DNA of 64,000 bases from Trypanosoma brucei (taxonomy: Eukaryota), in NCBI GenBank assembly GCA_000002445.1, contig CH464491.1, positions 2,432,001 through 2,496,000 on the forward strand, read 5' to 3'. The notes under the pieces are model-generated. The model was not told the DNA's origin, ran no database searches, and was given only the letters and a program-made list of their open reading frames with translations. Made by a program: the position numbers and the translations under genes. Of this stretch, positions 41,661-49,800 are shown piece after piece; the first letter of the stretch is position 1; every line of letters begins with the position of its first letter.

Positions 41661-44594
41661 ATGGCCGTCGGACTCTCATCGTCCAAAGGTGTTTTGGCAC
41701 TACTACGAGAATCAGACTCGGATGTGCTGCAGTTTGCGTTGAAGCGCCTGCGACCCTTGGTGGACACGTATTGGTGTGAGATAAGTGATGACCTTCCTTT
41801 AATTGAGAGTCTGAGTGAATCGAGTGATTTGGCAGAAGAAACGCGGGCCCTCGCTGCTCTTATTGCTTCGCATGTTTACTTTCACCTTGGTGCGTATAAT
41901 GACTCTGTGCATTGCGCCCTCGCTGCCGGGCCCGCGTTCAGCTATGTCGAGCGCTCACTCTTCACTGACACCATTCTCAGTTGCTGCATTGACAAATTTG
42001 TGGAGTACCAACAGAAGCCAGAAGGCGCGCGTGAAGAACTCGACCCTCGCCTTGAGTCGCTTTTCACAGCCCTCACCAGCAAATGGATTGGCCAAGAAGG
42101 CATGCCAGTGAAGGAACTTGTTGGATTTACCATTCGTGCACGACGCCTGGACTTTCTTGAAAAGGTTCTGCGTCAGCACATCAAATCTACCAAGTCTGCG
42201 GCGATCTTGAATTTCACATTCGAGGTGGCGAGTGTTCTTCTACGTGATATCGCTTTCCGACGGGAAATTTTAAAACTTCTTTCCGTTTTGTACGCACAAG
42301 GTGGTTTAACCACCGTCGACTACTTTTCTCAGGCACAGTGTCTTCTCTTCCTGGGAGACTCGACCGGAACTGCTGACCTTATTGAGGACCTAATCCGGTC
42401 GGGTGATAAGGCAACTGCATACCAACTCGCCTTCGATTTGCACGAGTACGGCAATCAAGAGTTTCTTTCCGCTGTTGCGGGTCTCATAGAAAAGAGGGCA
42501 ACTCTTTCTATACCCGCGCCGTCACAAGTGCAGCGGGTGGAAACGGCTACCGAAGACAAGTCCGGCAGTGGGGCCGATCATTCGACTTCGTCACAGGCAG
42601 CTGCAGGCCAGACAACGCAGGAGGGCGACAAAAAGGACATATCTGAAGTGCATCAGAAGCTTCTTTCCGCTCTTACTGGTGAGTTAACAGCGTCACTTTA
42701 CCTCCAGTTCTTGTCCGGTCAATGCAAAGCGGATAGCAATGTTCTCAACCGTATCAAGCAGACTACCGACCAGCGCAAGGCCGTGCCCCATAATGCTCTC
42801 ACAATAGCCCATGCACTGATGTACTGCGGAACTACGATTCACACATTTTTGCGCAACGATATGGAATGGTTTGGTGGTGCCACTTACTGGGGTAAGTTCA
42901 TCGCTACAGCCTCTATCGGGGCACTCCACTACGGACATGTTAATGAGGCACTCAAAATAATGGATTCATATCTCCCTAAGGACAACATCGGGGTGCTCCC
43001 ACACTCGGAGGCGGGTTCGCTTTATGCTCTTGGACTCATTCATGCCCCCGTTGGCGTGGGCCGCAATCAGGAAATAATTCTTTACTTGAAGGAAATGCTT
43101 CGCAAGTTCAGCGCAAGTGAGCACATTATTCACGGCGCATCGCTGGGCATCGGCCTTGCAGCCATGGGGTTGAAGGACGAGAAGTTGCACGATTCCCTCT
43201 TCACCTGTGTGGGCGGATGTGATGCCGTGGCCAGTGAAGGAGCGGCGCTTGGTATCGGTTTGCTCATGATGGGAAGCGGCAACTTGGGCGCCATTGGAAA
43301 CCTCAGGGCCCTCGCTTCTGAGGATAACCAAAAAGAAAAAACTATCCGTGGCATATCCATGGCTATGGCGCTGATGATGTTGGGTCGTGAGGATGAGTGC
43401 TGGTCTACGGCGAACGAGCTCCTCGAAGACTCCGATCCATGGGTACGGTTGGGTGGTTGTTTCATGCTCGGCTTAGGTTACGCAGGGGCTGAAAACACAA
43501 AAGTGTTGGAACGCCTTCTTAGTGTAACGGTGAAGGACACCTCCGATGACGTCCGCCGAAACGCTGCTACGATGATCGGATTTCTCACAATAAAGGATCC
43601 CGCATTGTGCGTGGAGCTGACCCGCGTGCTTGTGGACAGCTATAACCCACACATAAGATATGGTGTAGGAATGGCGCTTGCCGTCGCCGCTGCGGGAACT
43701 GGAATGCCAGAAGTTATTGATATACTGTGGGGACTGAAAGATGACATTGTAGATTTTGTTCGTCAGGGAGCGTACATTGCCCTTGCTCTGGTTATGGTCC
43801 AAGTAACGGAAGTGGAGAATCCAAAGGTGAAGGAGCTACGCGATATTTTTACTAAAATAATCGCGGGCCGCAAGGAAGATATGTGCTCCAAGTTCGGTTG
43901 CATTATAGCCACAGGTCTCTTAGACGCAGGGGGGCGCAACTGCACCTTTGCTCTTCATCGGCAGCGGCATCGTCTCGATAAGGCTGTTGTGGGCATGTTT
44001 GTATTCCTGCAGCACTGGTACTGGTTCCCGTATCTCCTGATGATCACACTAGCCATGCGTCCAACCTGTTTCATTGGCCTTAACAGCGACCTTGAGGTGC
44101 CAGAGTATGTCTTCAAATCCAATGCACCCGCAAGTCGCTTCGCCCTCCCTAAGAGTGTTTTGGCTGAGAAGAAAGAAGCAAAGGCCGCTGCTGTCAAGGC
44201 GGTGATCCTGTCTACAACAAAGAAAGAAGAGGAGTTTGTACGCTTAAAGCGCTCGGCGGTGGCTGGAAAGAATCAAGGAACGGGAGGGACTGGTGGTGCC
44301 GCTAATGCCGCAGCATCGCAATCCGGCGCCACCAAGGAGCAGGAAACGGAAAAGAAGAGGGAGCCGGAAGCTAATTTCGTGATACTATCGAACCCGGCCC
44401 GTATAACCGCACGCCAGTTTGCTGTCATTACTCACGACGTTGACAAGCGGTTCGTACCACTGAAGGAAAATCCTTCGTCTATATGCCTTCTGCGGGACAC
44501 AAACCCTGCGGAAGGAAAACCCAAGGTCATAACGGACTTGGGATGGAACAGCAGTGATGACGCGCCACCGCCAGAACCGTTTACATGGCCCTAG
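41661..44594 (+). CDS. RPN2: 26S proteasome regulatory subunit RPN2 (PSMD1)
   Basis: N-terminus 'VLALLRESDSDVLQFALKRLRPLVDTYWCEISDDLPLIESL' parallels yeast Rpn2 'LLALLRENQDSVKTYALESINNVVDQLWSEISNELPDIEAL'. Central proteasome/cyclosome (PC) repeats: 'GASLGIGLAAMG', 'GAALGIGLLMMGSG', 'GISMAMALMMLG', 'GGCFMLGLGYAG', 'GVGMALAVAAAG'. 977 aa with a K/E-rich C-terminal region. Confidence 0.9.
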   Translation: MAVGLSSSKGVLALLRESDSDVLQFALKRLRPLVDTYWCEISDDLPLIESLSESSDLAEETRALAALIASHVYFHLGAYNDSVHCALAAGPAFSYVERSLFTDTILSCCIDKFVEYQQKPEGAREELDPRLESLFTALTSKWIGQEGMPVKELVGFTIRARRLDFLEKVLRQHIKSTKSAAILNFTFEVASVLLRDIAFRREILKLLSVLYAQGGLTTVDYFSQAQCLLFLGDSTGTADLIEDLIRSGDKATAYQLAFDLHEYGNQEFLSAVAGLIEKRATLSIPAPSQVQRVETATEDKSGSGADHSTSSQAAAGQTTQEGDKKDISEVHQKLLSALTGELTASLYLQFLSGQCKADSNVLNRIKQTTDQRKAVPHNALTIAHALMYCGTTIHTFLRNDMEWFGGATYWGKFIATASIGALHYGHVNEALKIMDSYLPKDNIGVLPHSEAGSLYALGLIHAPVGVGRNQEIILYLKEMLRKFSASEHIIHGASLGIGLAAMGLKDEKLHDSLFTCVGGCDAVASEGAALGIGLLMMGSGNLGAIGNLRALASEDNQKEKTIRGISMAMALMMLGREDECWSTANELLEDSDPWVRLGGCFMLGLGYAGAENTKVLERLLSVTVKDTSDDVRRNAATMIGFLTIKDPALCVELTRVLVDSYNPHIRYGVGMALAVAAAGTGMPEVIDILWGLKDDIVDFVRQGAYIALALVMVQVTEVENPKVKELRDIFTKIIAGRKEDMCSKFGCIIATGLLDAGGRNCTFALHRQRHRLDKAVVGMFVFLQHWYWFPYLLMITLAMRPTCFIGLNSDLEVPEYVFKSNAPASRFALPKSVLAEKKEAKAAAVKAVILSTTKKEEEFVRLKRSAVAGKNQGTGGTGGAANAAASQSGATKEQETEKKREPEANFVILSNPARITARQFAVITHDVDKRFVPLKENPSSICLLRDTNPAEGKPKVITDLGWNSSDDAPPPEPFTWP

Positions 44595-45245
44595 CTTCAG
44601 TGGCATACCTTGTTAGGCTGAGGGATGGTAAGATTAAGGGGAAAGGGTGAAGAAGTATATATGTATGATTAGGCGCAGGGACGGTAAGGGTGTTATCGGC
44701 TCTCTCAGTCTTCCGTAGTTCTCTCCACTTTAATTATTGTTTTCAATGAAGTCAAAGACTCTTCTGTGCTTGTTTGTCTTTGTATTGGTGAGGGCGTGTA
44801 CGATTTGCGAGCAAACGAGTAGTTGACAAAGACCCTACCAGATTTGTGCGCTGCCCTCTGTCACGGAAGTTTTTTGAGCTACAGGTAGTGCGACAGAAGA
44901 GAGGAAAAAGAATAGAAGAAGGATGACATGAGAAACAAAGTGAACGAGGAAGGAACACGTTTGTTTGCTTCAAGAAGTTTCGCGAAATCAGCAGAAGTTT
45001 AGAGAACCTCCCATATTTTTTTGTTATTCGCCATCCGAGCCCGGTGACAGAGGGGCTACGTGAGGGGCAAAAGCGACGCCGTCTTGCCAAATCTGGTACT
45101 CTCTTTGTCAACCTGTCTGCACACTGCCCTCAGGTTGTTGATTCGTGGATATTGTCAAGCTTTCTCGTTACTGTTTTGCTCTATGTTTCTTTGTTGGTCG
45201 CCGAAGGAATTGTAGTGCAGTGAGGAAGACGAGCTGTTTTGTAGT

Positions 45246-46307
45246 ATGCTTCTGCAATTCAACTGGGACCGTCTTGACGTGACGGCCGCAGAGGCGATAT
45301 GCGCCCTTCTTAATGCAAAGCTTGAGGAGGAGCTTCTGCTGCGGCGCGCTGCGAACCAATCTGTCAATGCAAGCGGAGGTCAAGAGACTGCGAGTGCTGA
45401 CGCCGCTTGTGGCGTCGAATCACTACGAGTTACAAACATCGAGTGGGGAAATGTTCCTCCCTTCATTGAAGTAGTTGAGTTGGACGACGCTGTGGAGTTT
45501 GCCAGTAGCACCCCTCTATCTTTTGAGGCCCCACTAGGGCAACAGGACTTTGGGGGAACCATCTCAAGCGGTACATGCGGCGGTGGAGCCACGACACCTT
45601 TCTTTCTTCGTCCCTCACCTGCATCATCTGTCACTATGATGGATGGGATTAGCGAAACGGACTCAGGCATTGTGGGCAACCATGGTGGGATGCCGACTCC
45701 GTCAGTGCCGCCGGCGTCCGGGATACGCCCGGGAAACGGCCAGTCTCCGATCAATAGCTCAAGCGCACCGGTGAAGGACGCCTTCGCCGCGTATTTTGGT
45801 CCAAAGGGGTTGTACGTTTGTTTACATGTAACATACGGTGGACCCATGCGGGTTTCCGTGGCCTCCGTGCTGCGACACGATGTTCCACTGGGGCCCATCG
45901 CCATCCCCGTGCGGATGCCACTGCAGTTACACTTTTCGAAAATGGATATGGACTTCCACTTGTGCATTAACTTACATCGCAACACGTGCCGCGTATGGAT
46001 GGAACCGGGAAAGCTATTCACATCACCACTTAATAGAATGAATGTCATGGCGGTGTTCGGGGAGCGGCGACCGAGTTCTCAGCACATGGCAGAATTTCCC
46101 ACCAGCGGTCAGAACGCCGGTGACGACTTAGATACATCGGATGCATGGACGCATGTAGGGAGCAGCCGCATAGGCTCGGATGATGCAGAAGACATGGTGT
46201 TCATAGATGAGAGCATCATATCTCAGTTCGTTTTGAAGGAAGTACGGGCGATTCTGCAAGAGAAGATAATATACCCCCACTCTGTTGTGGTGCCACTGTC
46301 CCTTTAG
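45246..46307 (+). CDS. Hypothetical protein with an Mdm12-like SMP (synaptotagmin-like mitochondrial lipid-binding) domain architecture
   Basis: N-terminus 'MLLQFNWDRLDVTAAEAICALLNAKL' and 'ESLRVTNIEWGNVPPFIEVVELDD' parallel yeast Mdm12 '[28 protein letters not shown]' and '[25 protein letters not shown]'. Central 'GLYVCLHVTYGGPMRVSVASVL...IAIPVRMPLQLHFSKMDMDFHLCINL' parallels 'DLLVTIGADLVLNYP...[20 protein letters not shown]'. C-terminal 'ISQFVLKEVRAILQEKIIYPHSVVVPL' parallels '[26 protein letters not shown]'. A G/S/P-rich disordered insertion sits where Mdm12 has its acidic loop. This is a memory-based alignment only. Confidence 0.5.
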   Translation: MLLQFNWDRLDVTAAEAICALLNAKLEEELLLRRAANQSVNASGGQETASADAACGVESLRVTNIEWGNVPPFIEVVELDDAVEFASSTPLSFEAPLGQQDFGGTISSGTCGGGATTPFFLRPSPASSVTMMDGISETDSGIVGNHGGMPTPSVPPASGIRPGNGQSPINSSSAPVKDAFAAYFGPKGLYVCLHVTYGGPMRVSVASVLRHDVPLGPIAIPVRMPLQLHFSKMDMDFHLCINLHRNTCRVWMEPGKLFTSPLNRMNVMAVFGERRPSSQHMAEFPTSGQNAGDDLDTSDAWTHVGSSRIGSDDAEDMVFIDESIISQFVLKEVRAILQEKIIYPHSVVVPLSL

Positions 46308-46881
46308 CTCCTTAACGCACTTAGCGTCTGCCTGCGAGTCAACTCCGTCGGTGGGTGTTGTAAAGTACGCATCGGCTAAAAAAAGAAAGCCGGCAACGGT
46401 TAAGTATAAAAAACAGAAGGTGGACCGGATTCACAGAGCGCTAACCCAAGAGTCATTATCGCTACAAAGCAGAGGAAGCGGGTGAATTGCGGTTAGGGAA
46501 GTAAAGAGGAACAGTACTATTTTTATTCTTTCTGCAAGGTGTGGGTAGAATATTATCTGAACTGTCCAGTTCAGTTCGTGTGTCTTCGAATTCGCTGTGG
46601 CTTTGGGCGGTGCGTTTGGCCGTCGTACTCTCCTCCTCCTCTTACATAGCGGGCACCAGTAATTTTTTTTTTGCTTCTTCTTTGTTTTGCTACTTTATGC
46701 AATAGTAGTAATAAGGAAGGGGGTGCTAAAGTTGAAAAGTTTCTTAATCGTGATTCAACAACCAAGCGGAAGCAGAAACACCGCTCAGAGTTGCGAACAA
46801 ACGTGTGCATTCCTAGTGACGAAAGAAAACAAAAGGTTTACATTGGAGAGGCAGCATTGCATATACTTAGAGCAAGAACTC

Positions 46882-49800
46882 ATGCTAGAGTTTAGGCCCC
46901 AGCATACACCGGATTCAGCGGCTCACAAAATCAACCAGGTAGCATGTGCAACTCCAGACTCGGTGCCTACGAGCGTCTCCTGGCGCAAGGAAGAGGAGAC
47001 ATCCGGAGAGGTGACTAGGGCAACAATGATTTCATCAGATGCGCGAGAGGTGTCGCACATTGCGCGCATGGCGTCAGAACGGGGGCGAGTCGACATTTCT
47101 CAGGCACGCAATAGTTCACCTAGAGGAACAGCTACCGCGGTTAACGCCGTTGAGGTTGAACTTCAGCGGCGGCTTGATGTAGTGAAGGCGGCTGTTGAAA
47201 AGGCTGACAAGGTGGTCGACGTTGCACGCGGAAGATGTGCAGAGGTGATATCCCGAGAGGAACGTCGACGCGCCATGGTTAAGCTGGAAATTTCGAAGTT
47301 GATTCTTTTCGTTGGACGGAACTACAACATACTTGACGAGTTAGAGCTTACATTGGGTAGTGTGCTCGAAGTATCCGAACTTCCTGTTTACCACAGCGAC
47401 AAATATTCTGAAGTTCCCTTTTCCGCGCGGGAGATACCTCCATATTTGTCTCTGGAAGATCTGGAGCGGGCTAACAGAGAAATGATGGCCCGGTTGATGA
47501 AAGAGCGAACCAAGCGGGCAAACGATCCGCCTCATGCCTCGTTGCTGGGGAAACGGGTCAACTCTAATTTGGATGAAGTGATGTGGCTCATAGACTCCCT
47601 TGAGGAACCTCCCTGTTCTGAAGAGCAGTTCGGGGAAACTGTCGGGACAGGTGAAGAAGAAGAATGTGAGAAGTCACCTGTGGCTGTGTCACAGCGAAGG
47701 AGTCAGGCTATAACTTCTACCAGTGCTGCGAGAGAGACTAGGACGAGCGGAGTACGCGGGGCATCCTCGTCAGGGAACGCAACTCTTTGCTCGTCACGCG
47801 TGGAGATGGACAGCAGCATTGTTAACTTCTCCTTAAGTAGTGAGTCGTTTCCCATTGCCACGGGGGAAACCAGGGATCTGAAGCTGCTGAAATTCATGTA
47901 TGATGCTGCTAAGGCTACTGTGGAGGAAGCTGCGGCGGCGGAAGCGTTTGGTGCGTTCAGTGGCGCGCAACTCGGAACGACCTTTCGAAGCACGTCCAAT
48001 AGGTTGCAGCCCGCGAGAGACTCTTTCTGCACGCAACAATTATCCGGTGCGCTGTCGGGCACGATTGGTCTTAACTCACCCAGTAAGATTGACAGCGGGT
48101 GCAAAGAGCTGTCGTTTACTTCTAGTCGGCCGCCATCGGGGATGTTTGAAGACCGGGAATCATTTAGTTTGGAGCAGCATATTTCAGATAGGGCGCTACC
48201 GACGGCGGCAGCACCGTGGCGAGGTTCACATAATCCAAGTACAGTCGTTATAGATCATCTTGATCCCGAAGTGTTCACCGTTCTGGGGGAGCTGTACAAA
48301 GCCTATGACTACAGGCAATTTTTCCGCGATATCCAAAACAAGCACCTAATGAGGGGTAAGACGGATGACGAGTACGAGGCGGAAATAGAAAATCTGCTTA
48401 CACAGCACATGGATGACAAGCGCAAACGAGCTGCTAACAGTGTTAAGGACGAGTTGATCATCAAAAAATGGGGAGGGGTGGCCAGCGAAGCATCTCGGGC
48501 ACCGACACCAAGACAAGAGGTTGAGTTTGTTTTACCAGCTCGTCGGGAGGAAGAGGAGGAAACAGAGGAAGCAGAGAAAAAGTCCTGGTTGCAGTCAGTG
48601 GTAGAAAGTATGTCGCCACTTTCCTCCGCGCCGACCCCAGTGGAGGAAGTGCCGTCCCCATCTTTTCTCTCACAAATCCCTGTCGATGCGTTGGTGTTTG
48701 CGAGAGACATGAACAACGGTGTTGTTTTCTTCATTAGAGGTCGAAACGAGGAAGCTTCGAACGATGAAAAGACTCTGGAAGGTAAACGAAAGGGGAAGAA
48801 AGGTAAGGCGAAAAAGGATGGTGATCAAGAGGATCGCAATGCAGCAGGAGGTCCTCCAGTATATGACAGTTACACCCTGTATGTGACCAATCAGTCAGAT
48901 ACGAATCTGACGGTGGTGGTGGACATTGAGAAGACTAAGGCCCGCAAATTGAGAATGAGTGCACACGTGAATTATGCAATCCCGCAGGAGTGCATCGTTA
49001 TAGCTCCACCACCCGGGAGTCTCAAATCACTACTTACATTCTGTCCCAAAAAAAGGCAACAAATTGATTTTGGTGAAATACTTAGCTTTCGTGAGGGGAC
49101 GGCCAGGGGTGAGGTAGGCGGTACAGTAGGCGAGGAAGAAAAGCTTCAACTAAAAGCTTCATCTGGTGTATCCGCTCGAACTAAGGTTTCGGGTACTACC
49201 AAGGACTCCACAGTGAAAGAAGCTGGCGAGCCGGTAGCCGCCACCGAAGTTAGTAGCGAACGAGAGACCGCCGGCACCAGAGCTGAAGTCAGCGATGCGG
49301 CACCCACTACTCAGCCTTCAGTGACTGCCACCACAAAGGAGGAGGTGTCCCATAAGGAAGCGGACGCAGGTGAAGTGGTGAAGATCCTCGATGAGGAAGC
49401 TGACAGCTATGTAGCAGTTGGAGGTGGTAGGCGTACTAAAAAGAGGGCCGGTTGTGCGGCGATCTTATCAAAGTACCCTTCTACACGGGGTGCGGAGTGG
49501 GAGGCCAATGCACCTGAGAGCACCACCGCTGAGAGCGCTGGCTTTACTGAAGAAGGAGAGGCTTCGATACCCCCTGGTCCACCGCGTGGAGAAAGGGAAC
49601 CGAAGGGTGAAGAGGCCTCATCGCGTTCAAGAGCACGAGCGCGCGAAGCGAGTGGAGCAGCGAATAGGGCCTCTTTCCAGCAAGCAGTTGGTCGTACCCG
49701 TGAAACAGTTGAAAAGGTTTGGCCCACAGGCACTGCGCCTGTTGATCACTGGGGTGTGCCCCTCTCTAACGAAGAGGATGAGGCATTTGAAAAGAATTGC

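Noticed and set aside
45380-46048. 222-aa minus-strand ORF opposite the Mdm12-like gene
   Set aside because: It is the antisense shadow. The + frame carries the SMP-like N- and C-terminal signatures and fits the strand of all neighbours.
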